38,743 nt of DNA from an uncultured Gammaproteobacteria bacterium (GCA_964488715.1 CAZAVD010000004.1:1-38743); one strand, 5' to 3'. Positions 25,778 to 35,309 are shown, counted from the first letter of the stretch. The notes: generated by a model not told the origin, from the letters alone. Translations and numbers: made by a program.

Positions 25778-26533
25778 ATGTCAAGAATAATTTCTGTTGT
25801 AAATCAAAAAGGCGGAGTTGGTAAAACCACTACTTCAATTAACCTTGCTACTTACTTAGCCAAGCTAGGCAATTTTGTTTTACTTATTGATTTAGACCCG
25901 CAAGCTAATGCAACTTCTGGAATTGGGATTGACCATCAAAATATTAATGCTGGACTATATGAAGTTTTAATGGGTCCACATTCTTTACATCAAGTTACTG
26001 TTCCTCTTAACCCAGATGGATTGCGCGTTATTCCTGCTAATCAAAATTTAGCTGGCGCTAATATTGAACTAGTAACACAAATTGATAGGGAACAGCGACT
26101 TCTTAATGAACTTACTCAAGTAAAACATGAATATGATTATATAATAATTGACTCTCCACCATCTCTTGGATTATTAACAATAAATGGCTTAGTTGCTTCT
26201 GACGAAGTTTTGATTCCAGTGCAATGTGAATATTTTGCTCTTGAAGGTTTAGGCCAATTATTAAACACAATTAATTTAGTTAAACAATATATTAAACCAA
26301 ATTTAAATATTTTAGGTGCAATAATGACAATGTATGACGAACGCAATAAATTAGCTAAAGAAGTTTTTGATGAATTATATCGTTATTTCCCAAATAAAAT
26401 TTTCCGCACAGTAATCCCTAGAAATTCCAAACTTGCTGAAGCCCCATCTTTTGGTAAATCAATTTTGCATTATGATCCACAAGGCAAAGGCGCAAGAGCA
26501 TATAATAAATTAGCTAGGGAATTAATGGAATAA
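25778..26533 (+). CDS. parA: Chromosome partitioning ATPase ParA/Soj
   Basis: NQKGGVGKTTT, DLDPQANAT, DSPPSLGLLT and PVQCEYFALEG; start MSRIISV at 25778. Confidence 0.96.
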   Translation: MSRIISVVNQKGGVGKTTTSINLATYLAKLGNFVLLIDLDPQANATSGIGIDHQNINAGLYEVLMGPHSLHQVTVPLNPDGLRVIPANQNLAGANIELVTQIDREQRLLNELTQVKHEYDYIIIDSPPSLGLLTINGLVASDEVLIPVQCEYFALEGLGQLLNTINLVKQYIKPNLNILGAIMTMYDERNKLAKEVFDELYRYFPNKIFRTVIPRNSKLAEAPSFGKSILHYDPQGKGARAYNKLARELME

Positions 26534-26549
26534 AAAATAATATTAATAT

Positions 26550-27458
26550 ATGAATAATCAAAACCAAGCCAACAAAACCCTAGGCAGAGGGCTTTCATCT
26601 TTAATCAGTGATGAAAATCAAAATCGTCCTTTAGGCAAACCAACAGAAGCGCCTTATTTCCCCAAAACAAAACAAGGTGTAAGCAATCAAATTTTGCAAA
26701 TACCTGTTAATCAAATTAAAGCTAATCCTCATCAACCGCGCAAAGAATTTGCTGAAATTCCTCTGCAAGATTTGGTTTCATCAATTAGAGAACATGGTGT
26801 TTTGCAACCAATTGTAGTTACACAAACAATGGCAGGAAACTATGAATTAATTGCTGGAGAACGAAGATTGCGCGCATCAAAACTAGCTGGTTTACAAGAA
26901 ATCCCTGCAATTTTACGAACTGCCAAAGAACTAGAAAAGCTTGAATTATCTTTAATTGAAAACATACAACGACAAGACTTAAATTTAATTGAAAAAGCAA
27001 ATGCTTATAAAAAATTAATTGATAATTTTAATCTAACACATGAAGATGCAGCAAAACGCATGGGCATTTCTCGCGCGCAATTAAGTAATATTATTCGTTT
27101 ATTAAATTTGCCAGTTGATGTACAAAAAGGATTAGCAAGTGGAAAAATCTCTTTTGGTCAAGCAAAAGTTTTATTAGAAGTTAAAGATCAAAATAAACAA
27201 GAACAAATTTATAAACGCGCAACTCAAAATCAACAAACTGTTGAAGACACAAAAAAACAAGTTCAAAAAATAAAAATCAAAACACACACACGGAAAATAA
27301 AAAAAGACCCACAAATTCAAGAATGGGAAAATCAATTACAAGCTAAATTAAACACGCGAGTTCATATTAAAAAAAGAGGGGAATGGGGAGGAATTTTGGA
27401 AATAGAATTTTACTCAAACGAAGAATTAGAATCTTTAATTAAAAATATTAGCGATTAA
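26550..27458 (+). CDS. parB: Chromosome partitioning protein ParB/Spo0J
   Basis: LGRGLSSLI, NPHQPRKEF, GVLQPIVV, YELIAGERRLRA, ENIQRQDLN and an HTH. Confidence 0.97.
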   Translation: MNNQNQANKTLGRGLSSLISDENQNRPLGKPTEAPYFPKTKQGVSNQILQIPVNQIKANPHQPRKEFAEIPLQDLVSSIREHGVLQPIVVTQTMAGNYELIAGERRLRASKLAGLQEIPAILRTAKELEKLELSLIENIQRQDLNLIEKANAYKKLIDNFNLTHEDAAKRMGISRAQLSNIIRLLNLPVDVQKGLASGKISFGQAKVLLEVKDQNKQEQIYKRATQNQQTVEDTKKQVQKIKIKTHTRKIKKDPQIQEWENQLQAKLNTRVHIKKRGEWGGILEIEFYSNEELESLIKNISD

Positions 27459-28926
27459 AAAACTTAAAAATATTTAACTTTCTTTCTTGTTTAAAATAAT
27501 TTTTAATCTTGTTTTTAGCCAAATGGGTTTTAACATTTTGCAACCATCCTTCTGACGGACCTTTGCGATTTTTATCTACTAAAATCTCAATCATATCCCC
27601 ACTTTTTAACTGAGTTGATAAATTTGTCATTTTTTCATTAATTTTAGCACCAACACATTTATGCCCAATATCTGTGTGAATATAATAAGCAAAATCAACA
27701 GGAGTTGCGTTTTCTGGCAAATCAATAACATCGCCTTTTGGAGTGAATACAAAAATTCTTTTTTTAAAAAAGTCCAGTTTTAAAGTTTTTAAATATTTTT
27801 TAGGTGTTGATACTTTTTCTTGTTCTTCTAATAATTCCTTAATCCATTTTAATTTTTCTTTAGATACAGCGATTTTTTCTTTTTTATTTTCCTTGCCATT
27901 TTTATAAGACCAATGCGCTGCAATTCCATATTCTGCTTCTTCATGCATTTTTTGAGTACGAATTTGAAATTCAGTAATTCTACCTTCTAATCCAAAAACT
28001 GATGTATGCAAAGATTGATAACCATTAGGCTTTGGTTGAGAAATATAATCTTTTATGCGACCTTTTAAAGGTCTCCAAAGTGCATGAACATAACCTAAAA
28101 CTCTATAACAATCATCAATATTTTTTACAATAATCCGTAAAGCAACAACATCGTAAATCTTATCAATATCCATTTCCTTTCGCAAAAGTTTTTTGTAAAG
28201 CGAATAATAATGTTTAGGTCTGCCGTCAATTTTTATAATTCCAACATTGTCTTTTATTTTTAATTCTTTTTCAATTATTTTAATTACTTTTTCAATATAT
28301 TTTTTTTGCTCTTCAAATTTCTTTTTAGAAATATTCATCACCCATTTATATTCTTCTGGATAAACATAAGGAAAAGCCAAATCTTCAATCTCACTTTTTA
28401 ATTCATCCATTCCCAAGCGATTTGCAATTGGCGCGTAAATTTCTAAACTTTCTTGTGCAATTCTTTGCTGTTTAACTGGTGGCAAAGAACTAAGTGTTTT
28501 TAAATTATGAATCCGATCTGCAAACTTAATAAAAATCACACGTACATCTTCAGCCATTGCTACAAACATTTTACGAAGATTTTCTGCATATCTTTCTAAA
28601 CCACGATATTTAATTGTTCCTAATTTTGTAATTCCTTGCACTAAATTAGCAATTTCCAAGCCAAAATTTTTTTCAACATCTTGTAATGTTTTTTCTGTGT
28701 CTTCAGGAACATCGTGTAAAATACCTGCAATAACAGTTGGTAAATCAATATTCATTTGAGCTAATTTATATGCTGTTTCCAAAGGATGTTCAATATATAA
28801 TTCTCCACTCATTCTTTTTTGGTCATTATGAGCTTCTTTGGCAAATTCATAGGCAAGTTTAACTAAATCCAAATCAGCATCTGGATTATTTTTTTTAATT
28901 ACTTCAATTATGCGGTCAATGGTCAT
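27448..28926 (-). CDS. rel: RelA/SpoT family (p)ppGpp synthetase/hydrolase, short form (HD-SYNTH-TGS, no ACT)
   Basis: AGILHDVPED, KFADRIHN, RIKDYISQPKPNGYQSLHT, EFQIRT and FVFTPKGD...TPVDFAY. Confidence 0.95.
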   Translation of the reverse strand: MTIDRIIEVIKKNNPDADLDLVKLAYEFAKEAHNDQKRMSGELYIEHPLETAYKLAQMNIDLPTVIAGILHDVPEDTEKTLQDVEKNFGLEIANLVQGITKLGTIKYRGLERYAENLRKMFVAMAEDVRVIFIKFADRIHNLKTLSSLPPVKQQRIAQESLEIYAPIANRLGMDELKSEIEDLAFPYVYPEEYKWVMNISKKKFEEQKKYIEKVIKIIEKELKIKDNVGIIKIDGRPKHYYSLYKKLLRKEMDIDKIYDVVALRIIVKNIDDCYRVLGYVHALWRPLKGRIKDYISQPKPNGYQSLHTSVFGLEGRITEFQIRTQKMHEEAEYGIAAHWSYKNGKENKKEKIAVSKEKLKWIKELLEEQEKVSTPKKYLKTLKLDFFKKRIFVFTPKGDVIDLPENATPVDFAYYIHTDIGHKCVGAKINEKMTNLSTQLKSGDMIEILVDKNRKGPSEGWLQNVKTHLAKNKIKNYFKQERKLNIFKFFNR

Positions 28927-28968
28927 GTTTTTAATATATACTATTTTGATTAATTTGAAAAGGTATTA

Positions 28969-29115
28969 AATCTCCAATTTCCAAGATACAATTTCCAAAT
29001 AAATATCAAATTTCAATTTCCAATATTTATTTTAAAGTTTGGTTTTTGAGATTTGGGATTTGGAGCTTATTTGGAAATTGGAACTTGTATCTTGGAAATT
29101 CCGCTCTCCGAGCGG
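28969..29115. repeat. Heptamer-periodic large imperfect inverted repeat plus a small GC hairpin
   Basis: AATTTCCAAGATACAA (28976-91) vs TTGTATCTTGGAAATT (29085-100); CAATTTCCAAATAA (28989-29002) vs TTATTTGGAAATTG (29067-80); CCGCTC-tcc-GAGCGG at 29101-15. Confidence 0.85.
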
Positions 29116-29116
29116 T

Positions 29117-29160
29117 TGTGGATAACTCCTATTGACTTTTTCATCATATTTTGTTATTAT
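29117..29160 (+). promoter_or_regulatory. DnaA box plus sigma70 promoter of the GT4 gene
   Basis: TGTGGATAA at 29117-25; TTGACT(29132-37)-17-TATTAT(29155-60) with TG extension. Confidence 0.7.
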
Positions 29161-29205
29161 AGAATAATCTAGTAAAAAGTAAAATAAACTTAAATTAATA
29201 ATAAT

Positions 29206-30429
29206 ATGTTTAAAATAGCATTTATCGGACAAAAAGGTATTCCAGTTTCTCAAGGTGGCGTTGAACGCCATGTTGAAGAATTATCAGTAAGAATGGCGCG
29301 AAAAGGCCATGAAGTTTTTGTGTACACGCGTCCACAATGGGTGCCAAAAGAATACAAAAAATACGAACAAGTTAATCTAATTAGCTTACCTTCTACTAAC
29401 ACTAAATATTTAGACGCTGGTGTTCATACTTTTATTTCCATTATTTCAGCAATTTTTAAACAGAAAGTTGATATTATTCATTTACAAGGTGTTGGCCCAG
29501 GTTGGTTTACTTGGTTGCCTAAAATTTTAAATCCTAAAATTAAAGTAGTAGCCACCGTGCATTCAGCTGATTGGGATCATGGGAAATGGGGTAGTTTTGC
29601 TCAATGGATGTTAAAAATGGGCGCTAAATTTTCTTGTTATTTTGCTGATGAAGCAATTGCTATTGGCCGTAGTTTACAAAAACATTGCTTAATGAATTGC
29701 AAAAAAGATGTAACATATATTCCAAATGGAGTTTCAATTCCTGAAAAAAACAATCTAAAAAATTCTGCAGAAAATATTTTAGATAATTTTAATTTAACTG
29801 CTAATCAATATATTTTAACTGTAAGTCGTTTAGTTAAACATAAAGGTATTCATTATTTAATTGAAGCTTTTAAAAACTTTAAAGATAATTTAAATAAACC
29901 TGATCAAGCAAAATTTGCAAATTTTAAATTAGTTGTAGTTGGATCAACAGCTTTTACTGAAGATTACCAAAAATATTTGCTTAAATTAACAAAAAACAGA
30001 CAAGATATTATTTTCACTGGCATTCAAACTGGTTCAAATTTAGATTCTTTATTTAGAAATTCATATTTATATGCACAACCATCTGAATCAGAAGGTTTGT
30101 CAATTGCGCTTTTAGAAGCAATGTCTTATGCTAAATCCATTTTAGTTTCAGATATTACAGAGAATTTAGAATTAATTACTGGTAATTCTCAAACAGGAAC
30201 TGTTGGCTTTGATTTTAAAAATAAAAGCATTGCTGATTTAACTAGCAAATTAAACTTATTAATTCGCGACCAAGAGATTGTAAATTCAGTTGGAACTAAA
30301 GCCAGAAATTATGTTAAGTTATATTATAATTGGGAAGAAATTGCTGACCGCACAGAAAGGATTTATAAAAATATTGTCCGCATTAAAGACAAAATGCCAT
30401 CTAGGTTTAAACTAGCGCTGGCGAGATAA
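29206..30429 (+). CDS. GT4 glycosyltransferase
   Basis: KIAFIGQKGIP..QGGVERHVEEL, YIPNGV, VSRLVKHKG and SESEGLSIALLEAMSY. Confidence 0.93.
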   Translation: MFKIAFIGQKGIPVSQGGVERHVEELSVRMARKGHEVFVYTRPQWVPKEYKKYEQVNLISLPSTNTKYLDAGVHTFISIISAIFKQKVDIIHLQGVGPGWFTWLPKILNPKIKVVATVHSADWDHGKWGSFAQWMLKMGAKFSCYFADEAIAIGRSLQKHCLMNCKKDVTYIPNGVSIPEKNNLKNSAENILDNFNLTANQYILTVSRLVKHKGIHYLIEAFKNFKDNLNKPDQAKFANFKLVVVGSTAFTEDYQKYLLKLTKNRQDIIFTGIQTGSNLDSLFRNSYLYAQPSESEGLSIALLEAMSYAKSILVSDITENLELITGNSQTGTVGFDFKNKSIADLTSKLNLLIRDQEIVNSVGTKARNYVKLYYNWEEIADRTERIYKNIVRIKDKMPSRFKLALAR

Positions 30430-30440
30430 CAAACAAATAA

Positions 30441-30480
30441 TAAAAAACCACCGTTTCAACATCAAAGCGGTGGTTTTTTA
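30441..30480 (+). terminator. Rho-independent terminator
   Basis: AAAAAACCACCG...CGGTGGTTTTTT. Confidence 0.8.
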
Positions 30481-30520
30481 TTTTTAATCATTATGCAACG
30501 ACCGTGCTATAATGATTAAA
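30481..30520. repeat. Copy 3 (degenerate) of the TTTTTAATCATTATG palindrome family
   Basis: 37/40 nt identical to the reverse complement of copy 2. Confidence 0.9.
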
Positions 30521-30616
30521 TTATTTATTGAACAAAATATGTGTTCAACCCAACAATTAAATTGGTCATAAAAATAGACAAGAAAGAAATAAAATGATAT
30601 TCTAATAATATCTATA

Positions 30617-30645
30617 TGGATTCCTGCCTTCGCAGGAATGACAGA
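30617..30645 (-). repeat. GTCATTCCTGC-N4-GCAGGAATCCA repeat, intergenic copy
   Basis: TGGATTCCTGCCTTCGCAGGAATGACAGA, ending 5 nt upstream of the mreB ATG. Confidence 0.85.
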
Positions 30646-30650
30646 GTTTT

Positions 30651-31685
30651 ATGTTCAAAAACCTCATAGGAAAAATATCACATGATTTAGGCATTGACCT
30701 TGGCACTGCTAATACTTTGGTTTATGTAAAAGGAAAAGGAATTATTGTTGACGAACCATCTGTTGTTGCGATTAATACAAAAACAAATCAGATTATTGCA
30801 GTAGGAAATGAAGCAAAAAAAATGGTTGGAAAAGCACCAGCTCATATTTCAATTGTAAAACCATTAGTTGATGGCATTGTTTCTGATTTTGAAGTAACAG
30901 AAAAAATGATGAAATATTTTGTTGATAAAGTTCATAAAGATTCTTTTTTAACATCACCTCGTCCACGAATGGTAATTGGCGTGCCTTTAGATATTACAGA
31001 AGTTGAACGCAAAGCAGTTGAAGACGCCGCATTATCAGCAGGAGCGCGTGAAGTTTATTTAGTTGAAGAACCAATGGCAGCAGCCATTGGAGCACGATTA
31101 CCAATATCAGAAGCAATAGGAAACATGGTAGTTGATATTGGTGGAGGAACAACAGAAATCGCTGTTATTTCGCTTTCTGGTGTGGTTAGTTGGAAATCTT
31201 TAAAAACTGCTGGAGTAGAAATTGACTGGGATATTATTAATTATGCACGCGAAAAATACAATTTATTTTTAGGTGAAAATTCAGCAGAAAAAATCAAACA
31301 TACACTAGCTTCTGCTTATCCATTAGAAGAAAAATTAACAATGGAAATTAGCGGTCGAGATCTTTATTCTGGTTTGCCAAAATCTTTAACTCTTACTGAC
31401 GAAGAAATTCGTTATGCAATTTCAAAAACAATTAACACAATAATTGATAATATCAAATCAACTGTTGAAACTACTCCGCCTGATTTAGTTTCAGAAGTTT
31501 ATGAACGCGGAATTATTTTATGCGGAGGCGGAGCTAAAATCAAAAAACTAGACAAATTAATAACTCAAGAAACTCAAATTCCATGTAAAGTTATTGATGA
31601 TCCTTTAACTGCAGTTGTTCGTGGAACTGGTATAATTTTGGAAGATTTAGAAAATATGAAAGAATTATTAATTCCTACAAATTAA
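30651..31685 (+). CDS. mreB: Rod shape-determining protein MreB (paralog 2, in mreBCD)
   Basis: DLGIDLGTANTLV, EEPMAAAIGA and VDIGGGTTEIAVISL. Confidence 0.96.
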   Translation: MFKNLIGKISHDLGIDLGTANTLVYVKGKGIIVDEPSVVAINTKTNQIIAVGNEAKKMVGKAPAHISIVKPLVDGIVSDFEVTEKMMKYFVDKVHKDSFLTSPRPRMVIGVPLDITEVERKAVEDAALSAGAREVYLVEEPMAAAIGARLPISEAIGNMVVDIGGGTTEIAVISLSGVVSWKSLKTAGVEIDWDIINYAREKYNLFLGENSAEKIKHTLASAYPLEEKLTMEISGRDLYSGLPKSLTLTDEEIRYAISKTINTIIDNIKSTVETTPPDLVSEVYERGIILCGGGAKIKKLDKLITQETQIPCKVIDDPLTAVVRGTGIILEDLENMKELLIPTN

Positions 31686-31686
31686 T

Positions 31687-32484
31687 ATGTCTAATTTCTT
31701 CAAAAATAAATTTATCTCAACTTTTTTAATAATTTTGTTAATAATTTTTTTACATATTACTACAATTCTTTTGCCAATTGAAAAATTAATTTTATTCACA
31801 TTGCAACCGATTCAATCAATAACTTTTTTTGCAAGTCATAATATTTCTTTAGAAACTTCTAAAATAACTTTGCGCGAAAATTTATTAGATGAAAATAAAA
31901 ATCTAAAACAACAAATCAATTCACTTGAACAAAAACTTGTAAAACTTAGACTTTTTATTGAAGAAAATAATTTATTAATTGAACAAAATAAATATTTAAA
32001 ATCAACTAATTATAACTTTATCAATGCGCGAGTTATTTCAGTTGGTGTAGAAAATAATCCTAATTTATTAATTCTTAATCGTGGCGAAAATGATAATATT
32101 AAAGCCGGAATGGCTGTAGTTGTTGAGCAAGGCACTTTGGTTGGAAAAATAATTAAAGTTGAAAATAATATTTCACATCTTTTGCTTTTAACAGACAACA
32201 CAAATATAATCAGTGCTAGTTTGGCTGGTGATTCTAAAATCTCTGGCATTGTCCAAGGAAAAAATAATATTTCAATAAATTTAAATTATATTTTAAAAAC
32301 TGCAGAGATTTCATCTAATGATTTAATAATGACTTCAGGCTTTGATGAATATATTCCTACTGGATTATTAATTGGGAAAATAACTAATATTAATAATAAT
32401 CCTAATGAACTTTTTAAAAATGCAAATATTTTAAGCCCTGTTAATTTAAAAAATTTACGGATAGTGAGCATAATTATTAATTAA
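31687..32484 (+). CDS. mreC: Rod shape-determining protein MreC
   Basis: N-terminal TM, coiled coil, ARVIS, GMAVV...LVGKI and TSG.D..PTGLLIGKI. Confidence 0.92.
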   Translation: MSNFFKNKFISTFLIILLIIFLHITTILLPIEKLILFTLQPIQSITFFASHNISLETSKITLRENLLDENKNLKQQINSLEQKLVKLRLFIEENNLLIEQNKYLKSTNYNFINARVISVGVENNPNLLILNRGENDNIKAGMAVVVEQGTLVGKIIKVENNISHLLLLTDNTNIISASLAGDSKISGIVQGKNNISINLNYILKTAEISSNDLIMTSGFDEYIPTGLLIGKITNINNNPNELFKNANILSPVNLKNLRIVSIIIN

Positions 32485-32488
32485 AAAT

Positions 32489-33001
32489 ATGCTAAAAAAA
32501 TATCTTCTTTCAGCTTTATTAGTAATCACAGTTTTTGTCCTTCATCAAAGTTTAGCTGCACATTTAGATTGGCGTTTTAGTTTATGGCCGGTAATTTTAG
32601 TTTTTATTTTATTTACATTTAATGAAAATTCAGCTTTACTTTGGGCATTAATAAGCGGATTTTTACTTGATTTATATTCAATTTTGCCTTTTGGAATTTA
32701 TTTAATTGTATTGTTTTTAGTAATTTTAATTATATATTTATTAGCTAAAAATTTTGTAACTAATCGTTCTTTTACTTCTTTTTTTATTTTAACTTTAATT
32801 GCTACTGGTTTGCATAATTTATTTTTATTTTTAAGTCAAATACTTTTTTCATGGCTTGGTAATTTAGAAAAAATAATAATTTTTAATTTAAGCACAATTT
32901 TATTTCAAATTTTAACTAATATTATTTTATGCATAGTTTTATACTTCATAACCTCAAAATTCACCAAAAAACTTAAGACTGATTTGATTATTAATCGTTA
33001 A
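32489..33001 (+). CDS. mreD: Rod shape-determining protein MreD
   Basis: Five TMs with SGFLLDLYSILPFG; follows mreC. Confidence 0.85.
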   Translation: MLKKYLLSALLVITVFVLHQSLAAHLDWRFSLWPVILVFILFTFNENSALLWALISGFLLDLYSILPFGIYLIVLFLVILIIYLLAKNFVTNRSFTSFFILTLIATGLHNLFLFLSQILFSWLGNLEKIIIFNLSTILFQILTNIILCIVLYFITSKFTKKLKTDLIINR

Positions 33002-33018
33002 AAGGCTAGAATTAATCT

Positions 33019-35208
33019 ATGCTACCAAAAGGACCATACAATCCAAAAGATCATGAAAATGAAATTTACAAAGCTTGGGAACAAGGTGGGTTTTTTTTAC
33101 CCAAAAAAAATGGAGACAAAAAGTTTAGTATTGTAATGCCACCGCCAAATGTAACAGGTGTTTTACATATTGGTCATGCCTTAATGTTATCTATTGAAGA
33201 TTTAATGGTTAGATATAATAGAATGCTAGGCAAAAGAACTTTATGGATACCAGGAACAGATCATGCTGCAATTGCAACTCAAAGCAAAGTTGAAAAAGAT
33301 TTATATAAACAAGAAAAAAAAACAAGACATGATTTGGGTAGAGAAGAATTTTTAAAAAAAGTAGAAAAATATGCACAAGATAGTCATGATACAATTGTTA
33401 GCCAAACCAAAAAAATGGGAGCTTCTTGTGATTGGTCTAGAGAAGCATATACTTTAGACAAAAAAAGAACCAAAGCTGTAAACACTGCTTTTAAAAAAAT
33501 GCACGATGACGGATTAATTTTCAAAGGCCATCGTATTGTAAATTGGGACCCTAAAATGCAAACCACAGTTTCTGACGATGAAGTTGAATATAAAGAAGAA
33601 AAAACTCCTTTTTACTATTTTAAATATGGCCCTTTTGAAATCGCAACTTCTAGACCTGAAACAAAGTTTGGCGACAAATATGTTGTAATGCATCCAGACG
33701 ATAAAAGATATGAAAAATATAAACACGGCGATAAGATTAAATTAGAATGGATTAATGGAGAGATAGAAGCGACAATTTTAAAAGATGAAGTTATTGATAT
33801 GGAATTTGGAAGCGGAGCAATGACAATTACTCCTTGGCATGATCATACAGATTTTGAATTAGCTAAAAAATATGATTTAGATAAAGAACAAATAATAGAT
33901 AATAATGGAAAATTAATGCCAATCGCTGGAGAATTTTCAGGCATGCCAATTAAACAAGCTCGCGAAAAAATTGTTGAAAAATTAAAACAAAAAGGATTAT
34001 TAGTAAAAATAGAAAAAAATTACACACATAGAATTGCAACAAGCTCCCGCGGCAATGGAATTATTGAACCACAAATCAAGGAGCAATGGTTCGTTAATGT
34101 AAACAAAAAATTCAAACTTGAGAAATCTAATTTAAAAAATATAAAATCTGGTCAAGAAACTAGTTTAAAAGAATTAATGCGTTCAGTAATTGACTCAAAT
34201 GAAATTGAAATTTTACCAGATCATTTTAAAAAAACATACTTTCATTGGATAGATAATTTAAGAGATTGGTGTATTTCTCGTCAAATTTGGTATGGACACA
34301 GAATTCCTGTTTGGTATAAAGATAAAGAAATAAAAGTTAGCGAAGAATCTCCTGGTGATGGTTGGGAGCAAGATCCAGATACTCTTGATACTTGGTTTTC
34401 TTCAGGTCTTTGGACTTTTTCAACTTTAGGTTGGCCAGAACAAACCGATGATCTAAAAACTTTTCATCCAACAGATGTAATGGAAACAGGTTATGATATA
34501 TTATTTTTTTGGGTAGCTAGGATGATTTTAATGACAACTTATTTTCTTGGAGAAATTCCATTTAAAACAGTTTATCTTCATGGATTAATTCGTGATGAAG
34601 ACAAGAAAAAAATGTCAAAATCTTCTGGCAATGCAGTTGATCCTTTAGGCGCAATGGACGAATTTGGCACAGATGCTTTACGCATGGCTTTGGTGTTTTC
34701 TACAGGACAAGGTAATGATGTTTTAATTACTAAAGATAAAATTTTAGCGCAAAAAAAATTTGCTAACAAAATTTGGAATGCAAGCAAATTTGTTCTTTTA
34801 CATTGTAATCCTGAAATGCTGGAGCAAAGCAAAGGCGTGAAGGATCCCGTGGATTTTAACACAAATCATCCAGATGACAAAAAAATTCTTAAAAAACTAG
34901 ATAAAACAATAAAACAAATCACAAAAGATATAGACAACTTTATGTTTCATGAAGCAGCGCAAAACATTTATCAATTTTTCTGGTCAGATTTTTGTGATGA
35001 ATATTTAGAAAAAACAAAATCTAGATTAAATGGAGAAGACACAGAGGATAAAAAATTAGTTCAGAATATTTTATATAAAATTTTATCAACTAGTTTAAAA
35101 TTACTCCACCCATTTATGCCATTTATTACTGAAAAAATATGGCAAGAATTACCTAAAAAAGAAGAAAACAAAAAAATGCTAATTATTGAAAACTGGCCAA
35201 CAAACTAA
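33019..35208 (+). CDS. valS: Valyl-tRNA synthetase (short, lacks the C-terminal coiled-coil arm)
   Basis: PPPNVTGVLHIGH, GTDHAAIATQ, DWCISRQIWYGHRIP, DTLDTWFSS, GYDILFFWVARM and KMSKS. Confidence 0.97.
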   Translation: MLPKGPYNPKDHENEIYKAWEQGGFFLPKKNGDKKFSIVMPPPNVTGVLHIGHALMLSIEDLMVRYNRMLGKRTLWIPGTDHAAIATQSKVEKDLYKQEKKTRHDLGREEFLKKVEKYAQDSHDTIVSQTKKMGASCDWSREAYTLDKKRTKAVNTAFKKMHDDGLIFKGHRIVNWDPKMQTTVSDDEVEYKEEKTPFYYFKYGPFEIATSRPETKFGDKYVVMHPDDKRYEKYKHGDKIKLEWINGEIEATILKDEVIDMEFGSGAMTITPWHDHTDFELAKKYDLDKEQIIDNNGKLMPIAGEFSGMPIKQAREKIVEKLKQKGLLVKIEKNYTHRIATSSRGNGIIEPQIKEQWFVNVNKKFKLEKSNLKNIKSGQETSLKELMRSVIDSNEIEILPDHFKKTYFHWIDNLRDWCISRQIWYGHRIPVWYKDKEIKVSEESPGDGWEQDPDTLDTWFSSGLWTFSTLGWPEQTDDLKTFHPTDVMETGYDILFFWVARMILMTTYFLGEIPFKTVYLHGLIRDEDKKKMSKSSGNAVDPLGAMDEFGTDALRMALVFSTGQGNDVLITKDKILAQKKFANKIWNASKFVLLHCNPEMLEQSKGVKDPVDFNTNHPDDKKILKKLDKTIKQITKDIDNFMFHEAAQNIYQFFWSDFCDEYLEKTKSRLNGEDTEDKKLVQNILYKILSTSLKLLHPFMPFITEKIWQELPKKEENKKMLIIENWPTN

Positions 35209-35239
35209 CGTTAGGGTAACGTTACCCTAACGTTAGTTT
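35202..35239. repeat. 38-bp perfect palindrome overlapping the valS stop
   Basis: AAACTAACGTTAGGGTAAC|GTTACCCTAACGTTAGTTT; contains TAACGTTA three times. Confidence 0.95.
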
Positions 35240-35309
35240 ATAAAAATAATTTAAAAATAATGCAATAAACTTTAAACTTTCACAATTCAAATCCTAAGGA
35301 GGTATAACC

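Noticed and set aside
29032-29271. 79-aa minus-strand ORF
   Set aside because: It is a translation of the heptamer repeat arm and promoter region and overlaps the GT4 start.
16082-35208. Short tsf, rel and valS as pseudogenes
   Set aside because: All catalytic motifs are intact and the reading frames end cleanly; short forms are typical of reduced CPR-type genomes.
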